A DNA stretch of 64,000 bases from an uncultured Clostridia bacterium (GTDB lineage Bacteria > Bacillota > Clostridia > Christensenellales > Borkfalkiaceae). Location of the stretch: the NCBI GenBank assembly GCA_947624805.1, contig CANQLW010000001.1, forward strand, positions 37,073 to 101,072. The letters are read 5' to 3'. Shown piece after piece: positions 35,015 through 43,387 of the stretch (positions are counted from its first letter, which is position 1; every line of letters begins with the position of its first letter). The notes under the pieces are model-generated. The model made no database searches and was not told the DNA's origin. It was given only the letters and a program-made list of their open reading frames with translations. Made by a program: the position numbers and the translations under genes.

Positions 35015-36418
35015 ATGAATAAATTTTACGGCATCCTCTTCGACATCCTCATCGGGCTCGCGGCATCCGCGCTCGCGTCCGTGCTCCTTCTCATCTGCAA
35101 CGTCGTCGACTGGAGATATCTCCTCATGGCGCTCATCCCCGTCTTCTGTATCGTCTCCTCTTCCCTCTATCTGATGCGGCGGTACCGTAAGATCGGGCTG
35201 TGCGGGTTCCGCAAACGCACGAGCGCAGTCAAGCAGCTCCTCGGCGCCGTCAAAAAGACAAGATCGGCGGCGGATATCCTTCTCGGGCGGGAAGTGTATG
35301 CCTTCTTCTCCGAAGAAGGGATCTCCCTCCTGCTCACAAAGGCAAAGACGGCGAAGCTGAACCTTCTGCTCCCCGCCCCCTATTCCGAGGCGACGCAGGC
35401 ATACAACGACGCCGCGGGACAGGACGTCTCCCCCGTCGATCCCGACCGCCTTCTCGGGTTTCTCAAACGGCTGTGTGCAGAGGACGGGCAGCTTCCGAAA
35501 GGGCTGCGCATCGGGCTGTACGCCTCCCCCATCCACGCGAGCTTTGTGCTCTCGGACAGCAGAAAGGGCTGTGTCGCCCTCCGCGCCGATCCCTTCGGGG
35601 CAAAGTGGCCCGTCATCTCCATGCGTACGATCGACGGCATCCAGACATACTGCTCCGCCTTCCGCGACTACTTCAACATCACATGGCGGGAGTGCCGCAG
35701 ATTTTACGGCATGAGCGACGTCAACCGTATCATCCTCGAGAACGACAGGCGGCAGGGGCACGGCATCGTGATCGCCGTCACGGGCCCCTCGGGCGCGGGC
35801 AAGACGACCGTCGTCTCCGCCCTTATCGCAGACCGCAAGTGCGAGGTCGAGACGATCCCGACTTATACGACCCGCCCGCCCCGCCCGAATACAGACGAAT
35901 CCAAACAATACAAATTTGTCTCGCGGGAAGAATATGAGAGCATGGAACACGAGCACCGTTTCATGGTGAGCGCGGAATTCTGCGGCAACCGCTACGGTGT
36001 GACGAACACCGATGCCTATGCCGTCCTGAGCTCGAGAAAGAGCCTGCTCCTCGACACGATCGCCAACCCCGCAGACCTCAAGAGTATCTTCGGCAACCGT
36101 GTGATGATCATCTATCTCACCGCGCCGACCAACGAAGAGGCGGTACGCCGTCTCAAACAGCGGGGCGTCATCGGCACTGAAGAGCTCAGACGCCGCGTCG
36201 AATACGGCAAACAGCAGGCACAGAATGCACAGCACTGCGACTATCTCGTCGTGAACGAGACGGTCGAAGAGACGGTAGCTGCCGTCAAACGCATCATCCG
36301 CGAGGCAAAACTCGAATATCTCGAGACGGGGGACGTCGTCGCCGAGACCATTCTCGAAGATACTTCCTTCGTCGCGATCAGCTGCGGAAAACTGCCGCAG
36401 GACGAGGTCACGATATGA
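35015..36418 (+). CDS. Membrane-anchored protein: 2 TM + unknown middle domain + C-terminal guanylate-kinase-like domain (paralog B)
   Basis: RBS aaggagg lies upstream. The GK-like region is IAVTGPSGAGKTT...TYTTRPPRPNTDESKQYKFVSREEYESMEHEHRFMVSAEFCGNRYGV. The architecture matches the preceding gene. Confidence 0.7.
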   Translation: MNKFYGILFDILIGLAASALASVLLLICNVVDWRYLLMALIPVFCIVSSSLYLMRRYRKIGLCGFRKRTSAVKQLLGAVKKTRSAADILLGREVYAFFSEEGISLLLTKAKTAKLNLLLPAPYSEATQAYNDAAGQDVSPVDPDRLLGFLKRLCAEDGQLPKGLRIGLYASPIHASFVLSDSRKGCVALRADPFGAKWPVISMRTIDGIQTYCSAFRDYFNITWRECRRFYGMSDVNRIILENDRRQGHGIVIAVTGPSGAGKTTVVSALIADRKCEVETIPTYTTRPPRPNTDESKQYKFVSREEYESMEHEHRFMVSAEFCGNRYGVTNTDAYAVLSSRKSLLLDTIANPADLKSIFGNRVMIIYLTAPTNEEAVRRLKQRGVIGTEELRRRVEYGKQQAQNAQHCDYLVVNETVEETVAAVKRIIREAKLEYLETGDVVAETILEDTSFVAISCGKLPQDEVTI

Positions 36419-37056
36419 ACAAGATCATCTGTATCGATCTCATGGAGACCTTGATCGGGCGGGACGATGCCGCGTTCTGCGCCCGTCTCTCCGAACTCCT
36501 CTCCCTCCCCCCGTCACGGGACGCCTTTGTCACAAAGACGGTCCGCCAGCGCTATCTCGAATACTCCATGGGCAACTACGGAAGCGACGGGGAATACCTC
36601 TCCGTGCTCCTGCTCTCCCTCGCGGGGCGCCCCGCCTCCAAGGAAGAGATACAGGCCGCCGCCGCCGATCTTCTCGGGCACTACCGTGCCATCGAGGGAA
36701 GCATCGGCTTTCTGAAAACATTGAAGGAGCTCGACTGCCGCGTCTGTATCGCCTCGAATTTCGTCACGTCGTGGGCAGTTGCCATTTTGGACCGTCTCGG
36801 CATGACCCCCTATACGGACGATGTTTTCATCTCCTCGGATCTTCGGGTCCGCAAACCCGCGCCCGCCTTCTTCCTGCATATCGCCGATACCCTCGGCGTC
36901 CCCCCGCAGGAGGTGACTTTCATCGGCAATTCCTATGTCAACGACTATCTCGGCGCAAAGAACGTCGGCATGGAAGCCTATCTTCTCAAAGAAAACAATA
37001 CGGAGGGCGAGGGCCTCTGCTACGATGAAATCGCCTCGCTCCTGAAAAAAGGATGA
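36415..37056 (+). CDS. HAD-superfamily hydrolase with atypical motif I
   Basis: Motif I reads IICIDLMETL, with Met at the D+2 position. Motif II is CIASNF, motif III is VRKPAPAFF and motif IV is FIGNSYVNDYLGA. A 4-nt overlap links it to the preceding gene. Confidence 0.7.
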   Translation: MNKIICIDLMETLIGRDDAAFCARLSELLSLPPSRDAFVTKTVRQRYLEYSMGNYGSDGEYLSVLLLSLAGRPASKEEIQAAAADLLGHYRAIEGSIGFLKTLKELDCRVCIASNFVTSWAVAILDRLGMTPYTDDVFISSDLRVRKPAPAFFLHIADTLGVPPQEVTFIGNSYVNDYLGAKNVGMEAYLLKENNTEGEGLCYDEIASLLKKG

Positions 37057-37060
37057 GACC

Positions 37061-38083
37061 ATGATCAAACTCGGCATCGGAACGACGGGCAAATGCAACA
37101 TGAACTGCGAGCACTGCTACTCGCGGCGGTACGACGGCAAGACGCTGTCGCTCGAAGACATCCATGCGATCGCAGAGGCGATCGGGATCGACTCGGTGAA
37201 CTTCGGCACGGGGGAAAACATCCTCAACCCCGATTTCCCCGCAATCGTGGACGATCTCTATGAACGGGGGATCCCCCTCTCGCTGACGACGAACGGGTTC
37301 TCGATCATGAAGATGTCCGACGGGCAGATCCTCAAATTCCACGACATCGATTTCTCCCTCGAATTTCCCACGCGGGAGCTTCAGAACAGTTACCGCGGGC
37401 ACAATTCATGGGAGATGGTCACGGCGGGCATGGCGCGGTGCAAGACGCTCGGCGTCCCCTTCTCCGTCGCGACCGTCCTCATGAACGCCAACGCCCCCTA
37501 TCTCCCCGACTTCTACGGGCTGATCGGGCAGTACGGCTGTTTTCTGCGGATCAACGTCATCAAGTTCAATGAAAGGACACATTCCCCCGACGACGAACAG
37601 GCGCTCACCTATGAGACCTTCTGGGAGAGCATCCGAAAGATTCTGGAACGGTTTTCCCTCATCTCCTGCTCGGAGCCCATCCTCCGCGCCGCGCTCGGGC
37701 TCGGGGACGACTGCGGCATCCCCTGCGGAAGGGCCTCCATCCGTATCCAGCCCGACAGGAGCATCCTGCCCTGCGTCTATTGGGGGGATTCTTCGCTCAC
37801 GGTCGACGATCTCATACGGCAGGGAGAGGACGTCCTTTCGTCCCCCGAATTTGCCGCCGCCTCCCTGCTCCCCGAAGTCTGCCGCGGGTGTGCCTATGTA
37901 CTGCCCTGCGCGGGCGGCTGTGCGAGCCGCCGCAAACTCTCGAAGGCGGGACTCGCGGCGCCCGATCCCTACTGTCCCCTCGTGCGCGGGGAGCAATTCC
38001 CCCGCCTTTCCTACCGTCCGAACGGGGAGGGCGTCGATCTCATCCACTCGAAATATCTTTGCACGATCATACTCGGCATTTAA
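37061..38083 (+). CDS. Radical SAM enzyme with a C-terminal SPASM/twitch-like Cys cluster
   Basis: The CxxxCxxC motif is GKCNMNCEHCYS. The C-terminal cysteines are CGRASIRIQPDRSILPC...CRGCAYVLPCAGGCASRR...YCP. Confidence 0.8.
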   Translation: MIKLGIGTTGKCNMNCEHCYSRRYDGKTLSLEDIHAIAEAIGIDSVNFGTGENILNPDFPAIVDDLYERGIPLSLTTNGFSIMKMSDGQILKFHDIDFSLEFPTRELQNSYRGHNSWEMVTAGMARCKTLGVPFSVATVLMNANAPYLPDFYGLIGQYGCFLRINVIKFNERTHSPDDEQALTYETFWESIRKILERFSLISCSEPILRAALGLGDDCGIPCGRASIRIQPDRSILPCVYWGDSSLTVDDLIRQGEDVLSSPEFAAASLLPEVCRGCAYVLPCAGGCASRRKLSKAGLAAPDPYCPLVRGEQFPRLSYRPNGEGVDLIHSKYLCTIILGI

Positions 38084-38092
38084 GGAGGGAGC

Positions 38093-39418
38093 ATGGCTCT
38101 TTTTTGGTCGGAGGGCCTCCTCGTGCGCTCTGCACGCGGCAGGACCTGCTTTTTCAACAGACTGACGGCGGACTATACCGTCGCGGACGGCATTTTCACC
38201 CCCGCGGCAGGCTCCGCGCTCACAAAAGAGGAAGAGGATGCGCTCTCCCCCGCCCTTTTCGCCGCACTTGAGAAGGCGGGGCTCCTTTGCCCCTCGCCCT
38301 CGGGACCTTCCGCGGCGCCCGAAGACGCGCCCTGCCTCGAGCACATCAACTTCCTCGTGACGGACGGCTGCAACCTCGGCTGTACCTATTGCCAGATCGA
38401 AAAAAATCTCACGGCGGGCAGGGTACAGGATCTCTCCGTCTCCGACGCAAAGGCGGCCCTCGACAGGCTGAAAGCGTTTGTCCCCGAAGATGCCCGCGTC
38501 ACCGTCAATCTCACGGGCGGCGAACCGCTCGTCAACTTTGAGACGGTAAACTTTCTCCTCGGCTATGCGAGCGAGTGCTTCGGCTCCCTGCGCTTTTCCC
38601 TCTTCACGAACGGAACCCTGCTCGACAGCCGCATCGCCCGTATTCTCAAGGAGTACAACGTCCTCACGATCGTCTCGCTCGACGGTCCCGAAGAGATCCA
38701 CGACAAACGCCGCAGAGATCTCGGCGGGCAGGGATCGTATGCACGCAGTCTCGAAGGGTACAGGACCGCTCAGGCGGAAGGATGCAGCTGTGCGCTCTCC
38801 TCCGTCGCCTGTGAGGAGACCCTCTCGGATATCGATACCTTCGCCGATTGGGCGATCTCTCTCCGCCCTCTGAGCCTCGGATATAACTATCCCCATCTCC
38901 TTCTCGGACACCCCGGGGGGACGTTCGAAGTCTCCCGATACACCGCCGCCATCCTCGCCCTGCACCGCAAAATGCAGGGGCACGGGATCTATCTCGAAAA
39001 CTACGAACGCTTCCGCCGTGCCGTCGCGGCAAAACGGGTACGGCGCAGGGAATGTCAGGCGTGCGGCAGGGGGATCACCGTCCGCGCGGACGGAAAGTTC
39101 GGGCCCTGCAAGTCCCTTCTCGTCTCGGACAGGATCGTGCTCTGCCCCGAGACATTCGACTACTCCTCCGACGAGACCGTACAGAGCTGGGCGGCACGGA
39201 CCCCCCTCTCCAAAGCGGAATGCAGAAAATGCGATGCGCTCGCGATCTGCGGCGGGGGCTGTGCCTATGACGCCTATATTCTTCACGGCGATCCGATCGC
39301 ATTCGACGAGCGGCTCTGTCCCCACTTCCGCGCGATCATGGATGAGATCTTATACGACCTCTGCATCCGCGGGGGGACGGACGGCGGCGATCCCCTCTTC
39401 GGGACCGTCGGTCACTGA
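38093..39418 (+). CDS. Radical SAM/SPASM enzyme with an approx. 90-aa N-terminal extension (possible RRE/PqqD-like)
   Basis: TDGCNLGCTYCQ, NLTGGEPL and SLDGPEEIHDKRR are present. The SPASM region is CQACGRGITVRADGKFGPC...CRKCDALAICGGGCAYDA. Confidence 0.8.
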   Translation: MALFWSEGLLVRSARGRTCFFNRLTADYTVADGIFTPAAGSALTKEEEDALSPALFAALEKAGLLCPSPSGPSAAPEDAPCLEHINFLVTDGCNLGCTYCQIEKNLTAGRVQDLSVSDAKAALDRLKAFVPEDARVTVNLTGGEPLVNFETVNFLLGYASECFGSLRFSLFTNGTLLDSRIARILKEYNVLTIVSLDGPEEIHDKRRRDLGGQGSYARSLEGYRTAQAEGCSCALSSVACEETLSDIDTFADWAISLRPLSLGYNYPHLLLGHPGGTFEVSRYTAAILALHRKMQGHGIYLENYERFRRAVAAKRVRRRECQACGRGITVRADGKFGPCKSLLVSDRIVLCPETFDYSSDETVQSWAARTPLSKAECRKCDALAICGGGCAYDAYILHGDPIAFDERLCPHFRAIMDEILYDLCIRGGTDGGDPLFGTVGH

Positions 39419-39432
39419 ACGGGGAGGAGTAC

Positions 39433-40731
39433 ATGAGACCCATCAACGAAAAACTGCTGCAGATCCCGAAGATCTACACCAAAAAGATCACGGAGGCGAT
39501 CAAGGAAAACAGGGACGCCGTCAATCTCGCAAGGGGGGATTCCGAATTCATCACCCCAGCGCCCGTGACGGACTATCTCAAACATATCATCGACGACCCC
39601 GGCCCGCACGGGGGATTCAACGACCCCGTCGGGAAATGGACACACTATGAAAAAGAGGCGGGGTCCGAGCATCTCAGGCGTTCCGTCTGTGAAAAATATG
39701 CACGGGAGAGCGGGCTTTCTTTCACCAAGGAGCAAGTCCTCGTGACCCACGGGGGCATGAACGCGATCTTCTACGCCTTCTTGTCCCTTCTGACGGAGGG
39801 GGACGAGATCCTCGTCTTCGACCCCGCCTATATCGCCTATGAGCCCATCGGCGCCTTCCTGCTCCAAGGGGTCACCGTAAAGCGCTTCCCCCTCTCGGAG
39901 AAAGAGGGCTACGAGATCGATCTGAAAAAACTCGGCGAGGCGGTGACGCCCCATACCAAGGCGATTGTGTTCACTTCTCCCTACAATCCCTGCGGGAAGG
40001 TGTATTCATATGAGGCGGTCGGGGCGCTCTCCCGCTTCTGCCGTGAACGGGAGATCTATCTCATCCATGACGAAAACCACGAAAAGGAGATGTACGACGG
40101 CAACCGTCACTATCCCGCGGCGATGTTCGATCCCGATCTCTCCCATACGGTCCTGCTCAACAGTATGTCCCGCCTCGGCATGGGGGGATGGCGGGTCGGG
40201 TGGATGATCGCAAACCCCCGTATCATCCGTGCCGCGACGAACGTGAATGCCTATGTCAATATGACCTGCAACACCTTTGTGCAGGAATGCGCCGCCTTTG
40301 CGCTCGACAACTACGGCACGCTCGGCTATGACGGCATCTTCGCCCACTACGGAGAAAAGCGGGACAAGCTCTATGCCTTTCTCACGGGGATCCGCGGCAT
40401 CACCTGTTTCCGCCCGCAGGGAACCTGCTATCTCTTTCCCGATGTCGGGGAATTCTTTGCTCTGCACCGCGATGAGATCTTCTCTGTAATCTTCAAAAGC
40501 GATTGGTTCCTCGCGCTCGGCGAACAGGAAAGGGAACGGGAGAGGGAACAGGCAGGATCGAGCGTCTCCTATGCAGTCTATCTCTACTTTCTCCTCCGCT
40601 TCAAAGTCGGCGTGCTCCCCGGGTGCTGTTACGGCCCCGCGAGCGACAGCCATATCCGCCTGTCCGTCTCCGTCAAAGAGCAGGCGATCGACGAGGCGAT
40701 CCGCCGCCTCTCCCCTCTGCGGGAACTTTGA
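39433..40731 (+). CDS. Class I/II aminotransferase-fold protein lacking the PLP-binding lysine
   Basis: SPYNPCGKV, LIHDENHEKEMY and HIRLSVS fit the fold. The SxSK motif reads NSMSRLGMGGWRVGW (codon CGC at 40171-40173), so it has Arg where the Schiff-base Lys is expected. Confidence 0.8.
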   Translation: MRPINEKLLQIPKIYTKKITEAIKENRDAVNLARGDSEFITPAPVTDYLKHIIDDPGPHGGFNDPVGKWTHYEKEAGSEHLRRSVCEKYARESGLSFTKEQVLVTHGGMNAIFYAFLSLLTEGDEILVFDPAYIAYEPIGAFLLQGVTVKRFPLSEKEGYEIDLKKLGEAVTPHTKAIVFTSPYNPCGKVYSYEAVGALSRFCREREIYLIHDENHEKEMYDGNRHYPAAMFDPDLSHTVLLNSMSRLGMGGWRVGWMIANPRIIRAATNVNAYVNMTCNTFVQECAAFALDNYGTLGYDGIFAHYGEKRDKLYAFLTGIRGITCFRPQGTCYLFPDVGEFFALHRDEIFSVIFKSDWFLALGEQEREREREQAGSSVSYAVYLYFLLRFKVGVLPGCCYGPASDSHIRLSVSVKEQAIDEAIRRLSPLREL

Positions 40732-40740
40732 GGAGACGCC

Positions 40741-41688
40741 ATGCAGATCACTTTAACGGATATCGGCGATCCCCGCTTTTCCAAGGCCCTGAAAAAGGCC
40801 TTCCCCGATGCAGATGTCTTCATACAGGACGGTCCCTTGGGAGAGAGGTTTGCGGAGTCGGACATCGTCATTACGGGCAGAAATTTCAGGTTCGGCGCTG
40901 AGGCGGTAATGTCGCTCAGGCATTGCAGGGCGATCATCCGTAACGGGATCGGATATAACAATATCGATACGGCTGCGGCGCGGAGGGCGGGCATCGACGT
41001 CTTCAATATGCAAGATTATTGCATCGACGACGTCGCCGAACATACCATGGCGATGCTGCTCGCTTATTCGAGACGGCTCATGGACCATGCACGGGCGGAG
41101 TCCCTCCTCACGGCGGCGTGGGGGAGCCCGTCCGATCGGATGTTCCGTCTGAAAGGGAAGAAGCTCGGCGTCGTCGGCTTAGGCAACATCGGGAGCGCCG
41201 TGGCGGCACGGGCGGCGGCGTTCGGGATGCAGATCGGATGTTTGGATCCCGCCCTCTCCCGTGCTCCCTGCCCCCTTTTTCATGATCTGAAGGAGCTGGC
41301 GGCGTGGGCGGACATTCTCACCGTCCATGTTCCCCTCACCCCCGCGACAAAGGGATTTTTATGCGCGGATGTGTTTGAAAAAAGCCGCGGGATCGTATTG
41401 ATCAATACCTCGCGCGGCGGAGTCGTCGTCTATGAAGATGTCCTGCGCTGCATGAAAGAGGGCAGGATCGGGGCGTTTTTGACGGATGTGCTCGACCGTG
41501 AACCGCCCGACGGGAACCCCGTCATCCATGAACTTCTCGACCCCGACAGCCCTCTTCGGGACAGGATCCTGATCACCCCGCACGTCGCTTTCTCCTCTTT
41601 TGAGAGTGCAGAGGACCTCACGAAGAGCATCCTCGCGCTCCTCTCCGATCTCCTTACAGGCCGCACCCCCCTTCGCCCCGTCAACTGA
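40741..41688 (+). CDS. D-isomer-specific 2-hydroxyacid dehydrogenase (NAD-binding)
   Basis: GVVGLGNIGSAVA (GxGxxG), INTSRGGVV, TDVLDREP and ITPHVAFSS supply the R/E/H catalytic set. Confidence 0.85.
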   Translation: MQITLTDIGDPRFSKALKKAFPDADVFIQDGPLGERFAESDIVITGRNFRFGAEAVMSLRHCRAIIRNGIGYNNIDTAAARRAGIDVFNMQDYCIDDVAEHTMAMLLAYSRRLMDHARAESLLTAAWGSPSDRMFRLKGKKLGVVGLGNIGSAVAARAAAFGMQIGCLDPALSRAPCPLFHDLKELAAWADILTVHVPLTPATKGFLCADVFEKSRGIVLINTSRGGVVVYEDVLRCMKEGRIGAFLTDVLDREPPDGNPVIHELLDPDSPLRDRILITPHVAFSSFESAEDLTKSILALLSDLLTGRTPLRPVN

Positions 41689-41737
41689 CCAACCCTCCCC
41701 CCTTGCCCACCCCTCCATACAAAACAACGAAAAATAC

Positions 41738-41766
41738 GGCGCGGGCGGCAAATTGCCGCCCGCGCC
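41738..41766. terminator. Bidirectional terminator hairpin between convergent genes
   Basis: Perfect 13-bp stem ggcgcgggcggca / tgccgcccgcgcc with loop aat. It lies between the stops at 41688 (+) and 41778 (-). Confidence 0.6.
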
Positions 41767-41777
41767 GTGCATTTGGT

Positions 41778-43271
41778 TCAAAGAAACGCTTTCAGCGCTT
41801 CATACACTTTTACCATTGCATAGGTATCGAGTTCGCAATACTTGAGAAGAGCCGCTTCGGCGCGTTTTCTCTCCTCCTCTCCCATCCCCGCAAGGCGCGG
41901 GAAGAGATCCATCGCCTCGCTCCCGTTGTGCACTTCCTCAAGATTATGATAATCGAGCGAGGGGTCGTCGGGATAGAGCGCGGGGAGCACGCTCTTGATG
42001 GAAAAGGAACCCCCCATCGCCCCCGTATAGTAATATCCTTTACGGAAGGGGTCGATGAGATCGGCGATATGGTCACAGACGGACAAAAGATGCGGGGCGA
42101 GATCGGGAAAAGCGTCCGCGAGCTCCCTGATACGTCCGCATTCAAAACTCTTGTTGTAGGCGAGTACGCAGACGTCTTCGGGGATATCCGCGACGAGCCG
42201 CTCGGCAAGAGCACGGCGGGGATCCTCCTCGGGACGGCCGAGGAATTCACGATGCTCGACCGGAGCGTCCTCTTTCAGGATGTGCAAAGAGTACTGCACG
42301 GGGATCTGCTGGTAAGGACGGGTCCCGTCGTAAGGCGGAATGGGGAGCTGTATTGTCTCAAAATCGAGGAAATACAGCGGATATGTGAGCGTTTTGAGGA
42401 ATTCTGCGATATGTTCACGGTCGATGTGGGCATCCTGCCGCCCGAGGGAAAATTCGATCTGGCGGAGACAGATCTCCCCGAGCTTTGTCCCGCTTCCGAG
42501 GGCATCGCCGAAGGAACGCACGCCGCTTTTCAGGAGCGCGACCTTTTTCTTGAAGGACAGCCCGTAGAGGTCAAAGACGGAGGGCGAGGGCAACTCCCGC
42601 GTGCAATAGGAGAAAAAGGCGCAAGCATAGGGCTCATTGCATTGTTCCCCGACGCCGATCCCGGGCTCCTCCGCCGAGCGCATCACCTTCTTTGCCTCTC
42701 CGAGATACTCCGCGGCGACCGCCCGCTCCGCAAAAGCGGCTTCCGTCACATCGGTGACGCGGAAGAGCCTTGAAAGGTCGAGCTCCCCCTCGCGGACATA
42801 GCTGTTGTCGAGGGTGACGAGGCAGACCCGCTTGACATTCACCCCGCATCTTCCGAGGACATATGTCTGATAACCCGTATCGGTGAGATAGACGGCGTGA
42901 TCGGGCGACGTACTGCTCTTGACCTCGAAGACGTCGTAGCCGTCGCCATTCTTTTTGAGAATGTCCACGGCGCAATACAGCCCGTCCGCGTCGAATGCGG
43001 CCTCGCAGATGACCTCTCTCCCCTCGGCGAGATACTGTTTTGTGAGCGCTTTCATGCGGCCGAGATCGAGGGAACCGTCAGACCGATAAGATGTGACCTC
43101 AACATAATCGCCGAAGAGTCCCATCGCGAGGTCCCCCACTTCGTTCCCCGCCGTGAACCTCGCCTCACGGGCGGCGTCCTCGGTATAGACCTCGGGTTTG
43201 TATTTTTTGAGCCACGGGATCTTGGGGCATTGCCTGAAATCGCAATATTTTGATTTGCTGAAATAAAACAC
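41778..43271 (-). CDS. DUF2779-like protein (predicted nuclease-fold protein)
   Basis: 497 aa. The N-terminus FYFSKSKYCDFRQCPKIPWLKKY is characteristic of DUF2779 as I recall it. It uses a GTG start with RBS aaggagg. Confidence 0.6.
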   Translation of the reverse strand: MFYFSKSKYCDFRQCPKIPWLKKYKPEVYTEDAAREARFTAGNEVGDLAMGLFGDYVEVTSYRSDGSLDLGRMKALTKQYLAEGREVICEAAFDADGLYCAVDILKKNGDGYDVFEVKSSTSPDHAVYLTDTGYQTYVLGRCGVNVKRVCLVTLDNSYVREGELDLSRLFRVTDVTEAAFAERAVAAEYLGEAKKVMRSAEEPGIGVGEQCNEPYACAFFSYCTRELPSPSVFDLYGLSFKKKVALLKSGVRSFGDALGSGTKLGEICLRQIEFSLGRQDAHIDREHIAEFLKTLTYPLYFLDFETIQLPIPPYDGTRPYQQIPVQYSLHILKEDAPVEHREFLGRPEEDPRRALAERLVADIPEDVCVLAYNKSFECGRIRELADAFPDLAPHLLSVCDHIADLIDPFRKGYYYTGAMGGSFSIKSVLPALYPDDPSLDYHNLEEVHNGSEAMDLFPRLAGMGEEERKRAEAALLKYCELDTYAMVKVYEALKAFL

Positions 43272-43345
43272 GGCTCCTCCTTTTGCAGATACCGCCGTCG
43301 GGCTTTCACACCGACCATTCGTTTGCGCTGCGGCACGGCAAAATC

Positions 43346-43374
43346 ATTATACCACGTTTTTTCCCCTTTTTCAA
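43346..43374 (-). promoter_or_regulatory. Candidate extended -10 promoter
   Basis: Read on the minus strand: ttgaaa (43369-43374), a 17-nt spacer, then tgg+tataat (43346-43354). Confidence 0.45.
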
Positions 43375-43387
43375 GCACTCCCCGAAA

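Noticed and set aside
37061-38083. Prokaryotic viperin next to nucleotide kinases
   Set aside because: The enzyme has a C-terminal SPASM/twitch-type Cys cluster, which viperins lack. I do not see the viperin C-terminal nucleotide-binding motifs. Only the general analogy of rSAM plus kinase is kept, as a hypothesis.
33254-39325. 993-aa (33254-36235) and 639-aa (37406-39325) minus-strand ORFs
   Set aside because: They are antisense shadows of apgM, the kinase-like genes and the radical SAM genes. They lack motifs and starts with an RBS. The same reasoning applies to 8094-9284, 12168-13664, 21691-23409, 24627-26066, 56831-58447 and 60914-62770.
32246-41688. Idea that apgM + dehydrogenase + aminotransferase + HAD form a phosphoserine-type serine pathway
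   Set aside because: A terminator separates apgM from the operon. The aminotransferase fold lacks the catalytic Lys, and the HAD lacks the phosphatase D+2 Asp. The idea also leaves the two kinase-like and two radical SAM genes unexplained.
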